A stretch of 64,000 nt of DNA, taken from assembly GCA_951406725.2 (NCBI GenBank), contig OX597832.1, forward strand, positions 11,780,001 to 11,844,000, written 5' to 3'. The notes under the pieces are model-generated. The model worked only from the letters and a program-made list of their open reading frames with translations. It did no database searches and was not told the origin of the DNA. Both the position numbers and the translations under genes were made by a program. This DNA is from Octopus vulgaris. Lineage: Eukaryota. Shown here piece after piece: positions 40,178-53,965 of this stretch. The stretch's first letter is position 1; every line of letters starts with the position of its first letter.

Positions 40178-40980
40178 ATACAATATAAAGAACCGCTAAT
40201 ACTCTTATATGCTTTGCAGATTTCAAATGCAAACGTATTGTGTTTGCCAAATTCCTCAAGGGCATGTGATTAACGGTAAGTGAATAAGTAAGAAGTTCCG
40301 CTTAAGATATCGTTCTATGGAAGCCGTACTGTTGGTAGGTAAGAGAATATTATATCCAAGATGTCAAAAATATTGTACATAATTAAATAATATAAATAAC
40401 AAATCACCTAGCGTATTTTACTATGAATCTATTAGGCAAAATACTGAAAAATATTTTTGTAAGAATCTGTATTGTATTACTTTAGAGTCTTAGTAATTAT
40501 TGATTATTGTTTTCATTCTTTTGCATCAGCACTTGGCAGATGCTTGTACACTTCTATTGATTCAGTACCTGTATATTATGCTTCCTTGGATACATATTTG
40601 AATACAAAGATATTTAAATTGACCGTATTTGATATAATGTTCAGTTGAGACGGTTGACACATCTAACTTTTTATTGTCTTCTGAGTATTCAACAACGAAG
40701 ACAAAGATATTGTTTTTTTACAAAGCAAAAATCTAACAGCAATTTTTAAAAAAATCTAGAACTAACGTAAGTCATTGCAAAAAGTTTGGCACACGTCAAT
40801 CCATAGAACAACTCGTATTCTTCAATTTATCAAATCGCGTGTTAGTAGAGCGTGATGTGGGAAACGTGGCAAAATTTTGATGCATCGTTGTTAAAGTTGT
40901 TGTTTATAAACAGGTGACTGTCAACGACACAGCCCACGATCAATAAAATTCTAGATACGATTTTTGAGACCATACACATA

Positions 40981-41015
<35 letters not shown>

Positions 41016-41125
41016 CATACATATGTGTGTGTGTGTCTGTATTTATATCTATCTATCTATCTATATATATATATATATATATATACATACATATGTGTGT
41101 GTGTGTCTGTATTTATATCTATCTA

Positions 41126-41166
<41 letters not shown>

Positions 41167-41404
41167 GTAAGGAGATTAATCATGGCCTATCTATAGCATT
41201 TATCTCATTCTGTCAATTTAACCAGATCGAACCATCTCTAGTGTAACTGTCTGAAACAGTCGTGACTTCTGGGACTTGACTGAAGAAAGAAAGCCAAGAA
41301 TGACCCGTCTTTATTGCTTGTCCTTCTAATTGTTGTTTGTCTTGACTGCCCTTGTGTCCTCTATCTGTCCGAAGGTTTTAATGCTCTCTATTGCGTTTTT
41401 GTTC

Positions 41405-41492
<88 letters not shown>

Positions 41493-42908
41493 GTATGTGA
41501 GTATGTAAGTGTGTGTGTGTATGTGTATACAACACATTCTGTGTTGTATAAACAATATATGGCTGCAGTTTTTAAAGTTTTTATCGACCACGTAGAGGTA
41601 ATGTTGCTGACAGGTAGCTGTATTACTTCGTCTTTCTTTGCGTTTCTTTCTATGCTTTATTCACTATTGATCAGCTATAAACTATTAGTTTTATTACTTA
41701 TATAATAATAATTGGTAATTAGTTGCCCTAGAACTTCCAGTAATGAAAGGTAACCTACAAACACAGAGGCAGACAGTCAGAAAAGCACACTCATGGAAAC
41801 TTACACAAATAAACACATATACATAACACAGAAACTATACATATGCTTACACTATAAACTACACATATGCTTACACTCAAACATGATGAGCCCTAAATCA
41901 TTCTAGCTCTGAAGGTATCCTTTTCTTCCATTTGTATTGTAACAAGGTGCAAGTAATCCCAATATCTCATACGACAACAATAGCGTCTGATTTGAAGAAT
42001 TTTTTGAAGAGACAGACAGTCCATGAAGATGCTATTTTCGGGGCTTCTTTTGTAGTGTTAGACTATATGTGGAGTTGAGAGAAGGACGTGATGAGTTTAC
42101 ATGTCATCACTTTACAGTTCACTCAGGGAAATATCTGATCAGAAGTAGCAGACGTTGACAGAGATAGCAACTTTCTAAAAATTATTTGGTGAGTCATAAA
42201 TTGCAGTATATATTATCCCCTAACTAGCAATTTCCCGTTTTTCACATTTCTTCGAGCTTGAAAAGAAATCTGTCATGATTATAATAAAAGAGAACTAAAC
42301 AATTAAAAATTTCAGACGACAATGATGATTGCTTAAAATTAATACGGCTTATTTATTTATTTAACAAAATAATTATTTCATCATAATAATCACGGAACAC
42401 ATTATATTACTTTGCCGCATTCATCTCTTTTGTGACTACTCAACGTATTACGAAATATTCAATATTAAAGGATATGTATTTCTAAAGTTATAATTTTTAA
42501 TATATACAATATTATTCTATATTATGATTAATGCACCAAAATGAATATGGCTTTCTCGTTTAATTAAAATCTGAATTTTAATTAATTTCAATTTGCAAAA
42601 TTTATATATTTATATTAAACAGGCTTGTTTATTTAATTTCTTCTTTCCTTCATTGAATATTTCTGCTCTTTTGCATGAAATTGGATTAAACTTTCGATTA
42701 ATATATTTATATTAATATATTCTAACATTATCATAAAACACACATGCAAATTTATAAAAAAAAAAAACACATATAAATGCACACAAGCACACACAAATAT
42801 ATGCATGGTTAAGTATGTAAGTATTTCCCTATATATATATATATATATATATTCACATACACAAACATGTGTATGGTTAAGTATATAAGTATCTATGCAT
42901 GTATGCAT

Positions 42909-42973
<65 letters not shown>

Positions 42974-43156
42974 TATATATATACTTTGATCACTGGAAGA
43001 ACACTCAAGTTTGAGATGATTCTAAAAGGCGATAAGATAAAGGTCTTGACATACTAGCGTATATTATTGTTGTGAGTCTATAAATGTCTTTTCATACATT
43101 AAAATATTTATATCTGAGTATCATGAGAGATATATATGCGTATATAATTATATATG

Positions 43157-43192
<36 letters not shown>

Positions 43193-44978
43193 CAAGTACG
43201 TATATGAATCTTAGTAATATGAATCTCTGAAGCGTAATTTCAGAGAGAAGCTCACCTCCCTACACAGACAAACAATTTGGTTTCAAATTTACCATGGTTA
43301 TCATCCTAAGAACATTAGACTGCCTAAACACCCTCTCTCGACTGCTAATACATACCCTAAAATCCTTTTCAGAACATACAATGTATGCACGCCACACGTG
43401 CCATCATCATTTGTTCATAATAATCATTTTGATGCAGTTCATACTCTGAAAAGGAACACTGGTTAGGTATATGGCCTATATCTGCAGAAAAAATAACTTC
43501 AAGGTTAGTAATTATAAAGAAGCAATACTCTCACAATAGCAAGAAGAAAAAGAATGACAAACAAAATGCCGCATCAAGCAGTTCAATCTACACATCAGTA
43601 CATCTTCCATGAAATATATTATTGATATACATGCATAAATGCGAGTAAATACTGGTCAAACTTCATTCGTTCTTACATGTATCACACTACTACACCTGAT
43701 TTCTGCCGAAATTGTTTGAAGATCGACTCCCAAATAATTATTTGATCCTGTTCTAACTCCGGCTTCTGATGTTGCATCTATTGTCTCTAGAAAGCTATGT
43801 CCTTACAAATAACGCCAATATGTTAATATGATATATTATGCAAACCTCATAACAAGCTCTTAAGATATTACATTGGCTTCACGGTCAACATATTAAAGCT
43901 TATTATTAGCCGGCATCTACACTTATTTATAAATATAAACAGATCAGACACAACGTTATGCATCTAAATATGGATCCTCAATGGCTTTAATAAGATTAAC
44001 ATTACCATTAATAAGAACGTTTGAGCCAAAGTGGAATCATACAATCCAGTAACAAAGTTTTACTCCTTGTGCATAACAATATCGTCAACAACATAATTAA
44101 AATAATCTCTTTTTAAAAATGTTTCCCTCATAAAAATCGGTAAATAAATAAAGACAAATTAACAAAATATAATAAAATAAAAAATAAATATTTACACAAT
44201 CCAGTTAGTTGTGTTTTTTATATGAACTTATTCGCGTGCAACAGAACTCTATTCCAAACACACTATTATGCAATTACATCGTTACACTGCTTGATCAAAA
44301 GACACAGCACCAATCCAATGAAATAGAAGATTGCATAAAAATTTATATCAACATCCATAAATATGCGTAACATCCCCAATCTTTCCACCAAAACGCACAA
44401 GCGTATGCATGAATCTTTATGTCAACTTTCACATCACGCATATCCTTCTCATAAAATGTCAATTTATCCACGTCCTTCATATAAAAAAATTTATTTCTAA
44501 AAGTATGTATACAAGTCTATCTATATAAATATATATTTATGTACCTATGCGTTTGTATATATGCATGAATATATACATGTATGTCTACGTGCACACGCAC
44601 ACACATACCTGTATGTGTGTATATTTATATGTATGTGTACATGTATAGAGAGAAAGAGAAAGAAAAATAGATTGATTTACATATATTTATATGTATATAT
44701 GTATGGCTATATGTTTGAGCGTGTGGATTTGGCTTTGTGTTTATATGTGTGTAGGTTTTTGTGTTTGCGTCTACATAGATATATCGATGTTGCTCACATC
44801 AGCCAGAAGAATCTGAGTTGACGGAAAGTGTTCGAAAACTTATCGGATGCATAACATTTGTAATTCAAATGTCTGACTTTACCAAAATTTCTCCCGCTGA
44901 TTCCGCCCGGCGATTACGTTAATAGTACATGTGTCTCTACCTCAACTTTCAAACAGAATATATATATATATATATATA

Positions 44979-45038
44979 GGGCGGTGCCCCAGCATGGCCT
45001 CAGCCGGATGGCTGAAACAAGTAAAAGAGTAAAGTAAA
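44979..45038 (+). mobile_element. SINE D extreme 3' tail inserted next to (TA)n
   Basis: GGCGGTGCCCCAGCATGGCC...TGGCTGAAACAAGTAAAAGAGTAAAGTAAA. Confidence 0.75.
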
Positions 45039-45833
45039 TATATTCAGTCGATCGAACAAAGAAACATTCAATCATTGTAGAAACCGAAGGAGATCCTTTT
45101 GTTCCTGGAAAAAAATAACACCACAAAATTTTCGAACATACGATGCAAGAAAACAATATTAGCAAATATCCAAATATCATTTGATCAGAATGTCAACTTG
45201 TCTGTATATGTCTTTTATCGGAAGTTATTGTCTTGTCGTATATACAGCGTATACCAAAAGAAGTTTGTTATTTAGAGAATGTAGATTTGCTGATATGCTT
45301 CTCAACATCATTTCTATAACGTTCTAAGAAGAAACAGTAACTTAATCTCTTGAAGACATCAATATTCTAAAGACTTCCTTTCGACAAGAATTACACATCG
45401 AAATCAAGTTTTATACACATGCATACTTATGCATCTGCATGTGTGTATGTATGTATGCATGAGTATATATGCGTGTATGTACTCGTATTTGTTATGTGCA
45501 TATGTGTGCATGTATGCTTCTATATATATATATATATATTAATATCTGCCGTTTGTTTGAGAAACGGCCGGGTGGAATTAATGGTACGTTTAGCATCACA
45601 GCCTTAACTAATCATAAGTTATTCAATGAAACGATATTTATTTCAATGTAAAATAGGAGTTATGAATTATCTTGCTCACGAGCAATATTTTGAATTAAAG
45701 CATGTGGAGAAAACGATCAGATGGAACAATAGACCTGGACATAATTTCAGACTTTTATTCTACTCAATCTAGCCATGATAGTAGAGAATACATATGCGGT
45801 TTATGAATAAAAGTCTGGTATTTGTATAAGATA

Positions 45834-46012
45834 TATTTCTTTATTAGTCACACAGGGCTGCACACAGACAGGACAGTAGAGCTTTTCTTTTGGGGGAGAA
45901 AAAAATGTGGGGTAGGTTTTCGATCGAAAAAGATTGTAAAAGAGGGGGAAAAAAAGAAAAAACAAAACAAAAAAAGAAAAACAACTTATTAGTCATCAGT
46001 ATTCACACGATC
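45834..46012 (-). mobile_element. 3' end of a retroelement sharing the family C terminus (candidate partner LINE 3' UTR)
   Basis: The minus strand ends TGTCCTGTCTGTGTGCAGCCCTGTGTGACTAATAAAGAAATA, versus family C TGTCCCCTCTGTGTTTAGCCCCTTGTGGGTAATAAAGAAATA. The upstream sequence is unrelated to the SINE. Confidence 0.55.
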
Positions 46013-46190
46013 TTTGTTCGTGTACATGAAAGTCAATGTACATGAAACTTACAGAATGATGTTTGTGTGTAAACATGTGTACAGTTTCTGTGTTACTTAT
46101 GTGTGTATATTTGTGCAGATATCCATGAGTGTGCTTTTCTGACAGTCTGTGTCTGTGCGAAATGGTCTTCTTTTATTACTCAGTTATCTA

Positions 46191-46393
46191 AAGCGGCGAG
46201 TTGGTAGAAACGTTAGCACGCGGGGGGAAATACTTAGCAGTATTTCGTCTGCCGCTACGTCCTGAGTTCAAATTTCGCCGAGATCGACTTTGCTTTCTTG
46301 GTCGATAAATGGATGGACAGTGAAACAATGATGTCGATGTAATTAATTATCCCCTCCCCCAAATTTCAGGTTTTGTGCTTATAGTATAAAGGA
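46191..46393 (+). mobile_element. C' SINE with a probable degenerate TSD
   Basis: GCGGCGAGTTGGTAGAAACGTTAGCACG...GAGTTCAAATTTCGCCGAGATCGACTTTG...CCCAAATTTCAGG. Flanks read TTACTCAGTTATCTA / TTATTCAGATATATA. Confidence 0.85.
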
Positions 46394-46726
46394 TTATTCA
46401 GATATATATCTCAGGGCTAAAAGAGATTCGAGATCGTGTATATCTACAATACGAAATACCGTGAATATTCCCTCAAGAATTAGCTATATATAATACACAT
46501 TTGCATGTATTTCTATGTCTCTTGATATTACATCAGTTTATCCATATCCAGAAAGATACTGGGTAGATATATTTTTACGATTTACATTTGGCCGCTATAT
46601 ATCTGTAACAGATTAATCATAGTCAAAGAAGCCACGTAATGGGATCGAAATTTAGATTTTATATTTTCGAATTTAACATTTTAGCCATACAATTGCCTTG
46701 CGTCAGCTATATATTTATGGCTCAGA

Positions 46727-47058
46727 GTGAAGGCGCATAGCTCAGTGGTTAGAGCGTCGAGCTTACGATCGTGAGGTTGTGAGCTCGAATCCCGGAACGG
46801 GCTGCGTGTTGTGTTCTTGAGCAAGAAACTTTATTTCACGTTGCTCCAGTTCACTCAGCTGTAGAAATGAGTTGCGACGTCATGAGTGCCAAGCTGTATC
46901 GGCTTTTCCCTTGGATAACACTGGTGGCGTGGAGAGGGGAGGCCGGTATGCATGGGCGACTGCTGGTCTTCCATAAACAACCATGCCCAGACTTGTGACT
47001 AGGAGGGTAACTTTCTAGGTGCAATCCCATGGTCAGTGTCGTGACCGAAGGGGGTCCC
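46727..47058 (+). mobile_element. tRNA-derived SINE, family A (second copy)
   Basis: A box TAGCTCAGTGG and B box GCTCGAATCC. Colinear with 1358-1698. Confidence 0.92.
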
Positions 47059-47950
47059 GGATATATATATATATATATATATATACATACATGATCTGTG
47101 GACCTGAGTATCGGCAGTTCGTAAACTTCAAGTAAGCAACCATTCACCAAAATATTATTGAACAGGTAGTAATTTCTGCACAAGAAAGTTAATGCAATGC
47201 GTCACAGAAATACATAGGTGTGTGGTTAATGCATTTCAGTGCAGCTGGTGCAATGTAATTGCATCTGTGTATGGAAATAGTAGCCTGTGTTTTGTCAACG
47301 TTGATATAAATCAGTGTTTCGTTAGACTACAGTGCTGAATTCAACGTTCTTAAACGACACTTGATATAAACTCCTGAGCTAAGCCTCAGACCACAAATTT
47401 TCTTTCGACTTCCTGAATCAGCACACTTAAATCTAAGATATGCTTCTGATCACGTGTTATATTTCGACGATTAAACAGCAGAATTTCCCTCCATGTTAAA
47501 CACATTCAAACATCTCAACGGTTAGCGGTGCTTACCTTATTGGAACGATTTACATCCAATTGTAAATCGTTCTGCAAGAGTTAAGACTATGCAACAACAA
47601 GTACATGCATCTTATTAGAAGATTCCAGAACATCTACTTTTGTGATAATTCAACCAAAAATATTTCGCCTGCTTCATAAAATTTCTCTTCTTAGGAAGAG
47701 AAAAAAAATCCTGATTTATATTTAGATAACATCTAAATATATCATGATCAGGAATTTGAATTAAAGATTAAAGTTTATGCTTCCGTATTTATTCCTGAAA
47801 GTGAAATAGGTTTTGATAAGATCAGTGAAATAGAGTTCTAACCGCGAGGTGTTATTTGTCTTTGTTTTCGCTTGTTTTGTTTTCCCCAGATAAACGCAAA
47901 AAATAATAGGTTTACATATATACACACACACAAGCATACATGTGTACATG

Positions 47951-48007
<57 letters not shown>

Positions 48008-48045
48008 TTATCTATATGTCTATGTATATATACACATACATATAA

Positions 48046-48076
<31 letters not shown>

Positions 48077-48151
48077 CACACGCATATATATATATATATA
48101 TACATATATATATTCACGCACATATACATATATTCATATACATTCACACAC

Positions 48152-48196
<45 letters not shown>

Positions 48197-48235
48197 TATA
48201 GATACTTATATATTTACATACATGCATACATATAC

Positions 48236-48267
<32 letters not shown>

Positions 48268-48355
48268 ACATACGTATTTACATACATGCATATAGATACA
48301 TATATATATACATACATATTTACATACATCCAAACACACACATGCACACAAATAT

Positions 48356-48406
<51 letters not shown>

Positions 48407-50284
48407 AAAAATTAACATAAAATATCAACATAACAACACCGACAAATAATTAAACTAAAGTTCTCGACAGACAAATTTCGCCAGTGTAATGATTTGCTTA
48501 TCAAATTTCAGACATCCACCGCAAGCATATCATTCGCTATAGGAAACAGACTCATTTGTTTTCTTTGCTTTGGTTCTTTTGTTCTATTTTTTTCTTTTTT
48601 GCTTCTCTTAGTGTATATGCTTTCATATATGTATGACTAAATATGTTTGAGTTTGTCAGTAAGCCTGTATGTGGCCTTTTATCAAGAAAATAATGGTTCT
48701 AAAGAAAACAGCTGATTCTTTTATATATCCATGTTTATTTTTTTGTGTTTTTCAAGTTTACTTTATAGTATTGAAATTATTTTCAGTTATCTCTCTTTTT
48801 TCATCGTTATCTGTCTTTCTTATCAAACTGGTTTCAACAATGATAGACAATAAATTCACTTGCTTTATTTTGCTTCATATATATTTTTCTTTCCTTTTGG
48901 CTAATCCGTTGAATTTATAGTCTGACTAAGTTCAAAAAATTCTCCACTAATTTAATTAACATTCCGGTTTCATATTTTTTGTTATTTAAAGAGAAAAAAA
49001 AATACGATTTTTATTGTTGCTATCGTTAATTCTGTTTTACGTTGAGTTGTCATTTTCTTTCCTTTTGATTAATCCAGCGCATCTTCACTAAGATTCTGTT
49101 GAAATGAAACGATATTGTCTCACAAGATTCTGTATCATACTATTAAAGCCGGCATCTTCCCAGCAGAGTAAAATATGTTGAAAAAACAAAAACAAAAAAA
49201 ACGCTGTTTGTTTTTTCTTTTCATTCTAAATATATATGAAAAAGTTGAATTGAGCAGAGTACATTTAATTGGTTTTAGTTCTGCGGTAATTAAATCCTCC
49301 GAGCTTGGTTCGAGTCAAGAATGATGCTATTTCGTTTTCTGTTATTTCATTAACTCATTGATATTCTTGGGAAAACATGAATATTATAGCACCGGTTGAT
49401 GTACATTATTGAAATCAAATAAGACAGACTTGCCTTCAAGCATTCATTTGATAAAGGAATTTGTGTAGGATGATATTCATTCTCGTACCAATGTAGATTT
49501 AAAAGATATTTTTGACATTTTGCTTCCCCTGAAATCTAATACTTTAAGACAGGAAAATAATACAAAACGTAAGTTTCCAAGAAGTATTAGAGGGATAATA
49601 TTTTTTTCCGTTTTGAAACAAGATAAACTGGAAAGATGAGAAACATGATTGCTCTGACATGGCTGTACGTGGTTAAAATAATTGAAGACCAATCCTAAAA
49701 TATGAATAAGCATGGATCTATCAGTATTTGCTGAGTGTTGAGTGTTAAAAGTGTGACGTTGTAAACTCTGTAAATCATATATTACTGTTAAAAAGGAAAC
49801 GAAAAGAAAAAAATTATGTACAATACATTCGTAGATGTATTGTACCTGATAAGGCGGATTGGTCACGTGTATAAGGCTTTTGATCATATCACGTGTATAT
49901 CAGAGGTGACATACTTAAACAACAACTGCAACAACATTAAGTTGTATCAAACGTAGGAGGATTTTGTAGAGAAGATACAAACTAAATTGAAATGGAAACT
50001 GCAAAATAATGAAAGTAGATAAAAGTCAATGGATAGAGATTAAGCATGGCTTGCAACAATATTTAATCTATGTCCGTTGCTTATGTTCCTTTGTTATAAT
50101 ATCCCTGCTGTCACGCATTTTCGCAATAATGACAAAGGAGAGAAATAACATATATCCAGGAACCTCAGGAACAGTAGCTAAATAAAACAATGAAACACAA
50201 TGCCACATTATCGAAAAACACAAAGCAAAAATAAGTAATTACATAAATAGATGAATAAATAAATATATAAAAATGCACCTTTCC

Positions 50285-50490
50285 AAAAACCTATATGCAA
50301 AGCCGTTGTAAATTGAGTACTAGGCATGGAAAATGCATATATCGGGTTGACTGAGAAAAGCTTGATAACCGATATACACTGCATACTTACTCGTTCATAA
50401 ATAGCGCGTTCAGGCATTAGTCAAAATTTTATAAATCACTAACTGTAAGACATATACGAAAAACTGAAGGACGGGATTTGTATCCAGACA
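50285..50490 (+). pseudogene. Penelope-like GIY-YIG endonuclease remnant
   Basis: ICKAVVN*VLGMENAYIGLTEKSL(fs)RYTLHTYSFINS...RHIR..LKD matches the PLE pattern IYKAxV...YIGLTExxFKxRYxxHxxSF...HIWxLKD. YIG is at 50338-50346. Confidence 0.7.
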
Positions 50491-50626
50491 TTGTTGTTTA
50501 TTCATTAGGTTGATGAGAAAAAATAGCATCGTACATAACCTTCGCGTAGACTTTTATACTATAGTGATGGAGGTAAATAGAAAGAAACTATGAGTCATTG
50601 ATTTCCACAATAGAAAGGTGTGTTAG

Positions 50627-50859
50627 AAGGCGGCGAGCTGACTGAAACGTTAGCACGCCGGGCGAAATGCTTAGCAGTATTTCGTCTGCCGTTACGTTAT
50701 GAGTTCAAATTCCGCCGAGGTCGACTTTGCCTTTCATCTTTTCGGGGTCGATAAATTAAGTACCAGTTACGCACTGGGTTTGATGTAGTCGACTTAATCC
50801 GTTTGTTTCTCCTTGTTTGTCCCCTCTATGTTTAGCCCCTTCTAGTCAATAGAGAAATA
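50627..50859 (+). mobile_element. Young SINE, family C (copy 4), full length
   Basis: 15-bp TSD with 2 mismatches: AGAAAGGTGTGTTAG (50612-50626) / AGAAACGTGTGGTAG (50860-50874). Confidence 0.95.
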
Positions 50860-51629
50860 AGAAACGTGTGGTAGTATTCTCAGACATGAAGGGTTGTTCG
50901 ACAACTTACGCTATTGCTGACTCCGTCACAATACAAAAGTTCAAGGTGGGGGTATCTAAGCGGGACATACATTACCGATATTACTTAAGAACAAGTACAA
51001 TCAGAGGGGTATCCAAATCATTTCTCTCTCCCTACATTATCCATGAAACTAAGGTAGAGGACAGTGATAAATTGTGAGATCGAACTGTCAATCATGAATG
51101 TGAGTTTAACTTTGTAACAACATAGCAACTCCTACATTTGGAGAAGAAAAGTTAATTCATCCAAGCTCTACTATTTTCGATTTAACGTTTACACCTCTTG
51201 CTTAAAACAATGGGAAGCCAACACGTTAACTTGCCTACTAGCTGTTAAATTTATTGGGAAGATGACAGTTAACTAGCCAGTTTTGGACACTGGAAAATAC
51301 TAGTACTTGTGATATATTATGGACTGCTGACGCATTTGGTTGTTTTCGTGTGTACTATCAACAAGTTCATCAAAACATCTCGGCACTACAAAGCATTAAA
51401 ATTCAAACGACATCATATACTCACACCAACATATAAACAAACCACGAAGACATAAACATTGACAACAATAACTTTATCATATGTGCCAAGCTTTTCATAT
51501 TTTCATGTCAAATCTCATATCAATATTTTGACTGTCTTTGTTTCTTGAAACGTAAAAACAAAAGTTGCAAAAAAACGCACTAAGAAAAAGAAACCAATTT
51601 GTATAAAACAAAGAAATCAAAGTTGTTTC

Positions 51630-51751
51630 TCTTGTTGTTGTTGTTGTTGTTGCATTATTTATTATTGTTGTTGTTATCATTACTATTATTATTATTACTA
51701 TCATTATTATTATTATTATTTTTATTACTATTATTATTATTATTATTATTA

Positions 51752-51809
<58 letters not shown>

Positions 51810-51810
51810 C
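51630..51810. repeat. (GTT)n/(ATT)n trinucleotide array
   Basis: Read directly. Confidence 0.95.
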
Positions 51811-51899
51811 AAGACAATGACACAAAAGAAAACAGAAGTCGAAGAGGAGAAAAGAAGGAAGGAAGTAAGAAATGAAAAGCTGAGATGATGATGATGCTG

Positions 51900-51934
<35 letters not shown>

Positions 51935-53009
51935 CGTATATTAGTAGTGGTTCTAGGAACAGCAGCAGCAGCCGTAGCAATAATGGTAGTGGTGGTGGTA
52001 CTGGTGGTGTTTGTAACAATGATGACAGGGATGATGATGATGACAACTCTAGAAAGAAGTAGATGAATTCAAAGGGAAAACAAAAATAATAAATAGCAAA
52101 CGAGAAATAACACCATTAACAAGAAGAAGAAGAACAACAATAATTTTAAAAAGAAACATCAACTAAGACAAGGATATTAACAAATGACAATAGCAACATA
52201 CAAGAACAAGTGCCAAAAAAGTCGCTGAAAATACAAAACAGCATTATTAGAAAAAAGAAAACGCAAGTCCTAGAACCACTGCGAAAACAAGAATCCAGCT
52301 GTAATATAACAGAGTAGATATTGCACTTGTCCATTGTTAATTCTATGATTTATTGAAAAATTGCAACTGCCTCAATAAACAAATTGCTTATTTCCTCTGG
52401 TAGATACAACAAGTATTTGAACAATAAATAAATCTTATTTGGACTTTAACGGAATCGACAGGGATTTCTTGCAAAATAAATATATGTTGAGTTAGAGTCA
52501 GCTTTGAACAAAGGAATACATCTGAAACGAAATAATTTGCATATCTACCGATCTGTGTGAATGAGTATGCGTCTGTGACTGCTTTCATTTATACGATGTA
52601 TGTGTGTATGCATGTATACATGAAAGTATACACAAACACAGACATATGTATATATATATATATGTTTGTATGTATGTATATTTACATGCATGTGTATATA
52701 TATATATATATATATAAATGCGTATATATATATATATATATAAATGTATGCATGTATATATATAAATGTAATTAGATGGATAGATAAAATATACAAGTAT
52801 CTATAAATATATATGCCCCTCTGTCTCTCTATACATGTAAATATATGCAAACGTATATAGACACATACTTACATACACATACATACATATATATATATGT
52901 GTGTGTGTATTTGTATATATACATGTATATATATATATATTTATATGTATGAGTTTGTGTATTTGTATATATACATATATATGTGTGTGTGTATTTGTGT
53001 ATATACATG

Positions 53010-53041
<32 letters not shown>

Positions 53042-53160
53042 AGTGTGTGTGTTTGTATATATACATGTGTATATATATATGTGTGTGTGTGTGTGAATTT
53101 TTTGCGTAATGAGATAAAAAAAACAATGCTGTGTAGATTTTAGAACCTTTATAGATAGAA

Positions 53161-53214
53161 GGTTTTACAGCTGTTTCCAGGATATTTATTAATTATATCC
53201 CTTCATCGGAGACG
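53161..53214 (-). ncRNA. Minimal type I hammerhead ribozyme motif (Penelope-type)
   Basis: Minus strand: GTCT-CCGATGA-A-GGGATAT[AATTAATAA]ATATCCT-G-GAA-ACAGCTGT-A-AAAC. It has a palindromic helix III, a GUA triplet, and 3 of 4 stem I pairs. Confidence 0.65.
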
Positions 53215-53916
53215 AGAGAATGAGGTGGAGGAAAGAAAATAGATGAGAGATATGTAAGGATATTGAATTTGTAGATCCATTTTATAGGCAGAATGGGATA
53301 TATGTAGGATTCCAATAACTTATGAGATAAATCCAACAGTATTTCAAATTGTTCATTCTAAGTATAGAGATTATACACAATGAAAGATTCCAATACCTCA
53401 TCAGTAAAATCCAATAGTATGTAAATGTATATATGCATGTATATATACATATGTGTAAATATATATATATATATATAGCTTGTTTTTTTTTAATGTGCCT
53501 TGTGTCGACAAGCAATCCTCAAGCCTTGAACTCATGCTTTGTTCTATTTGAAAATACGGACGCTGAACTATGAGAAGCCATGTGAGGAAACGAGATTTAA
53601 GATTGATGCAAGAAGTGAATAGAACGGTGAATAAAACAAAGAAAACCACAATTACGTTCACTTTATCATGAAAGCTATAAACTAACCATAAAATAAGTCA
53701 ACAGAAAAGAGTACTAAGTCCGGAGAGAAATTTGTATCTATGCTGACATTTACAGAAAATATCAGATCTGAAATTAAGCAGTTGGTCGAATTCTTGAATC
53801 TAAAATGAACCTATGATCTTTCAGTTACACATAAGTTGCATTTCTTCAATATGTTTACACATGGTATGAATATCTGGCTGTCTGTCTGTCTGTCTGTCCC
53901 TCCCCTTCTCTTTCTT

Positions 53917-53965
<49 letters not shown>

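Noticed and set aside
41170-41410. Island between microsatellites with GAAACAGTC and CTGAAGA
   Set aside because: It is probably a repeat fragment, but the motifs cannot be folded into a consistent hammerhead and there is no second copy in the window.
46733-46803. tRNA-like sequence with A and B boxes (also 1361, 19527, 54526)
   Set aside because: The acceptor and T stems do not pair properly, and each continues into a repeated SINE body. These are SINE heads, not tRNA genes.
49862-49900. Two TCACGTGTATA E-box-containing direct repeats
   Set aside because: There is no associated promoter or gene evidence, and a short local duplication explains them.
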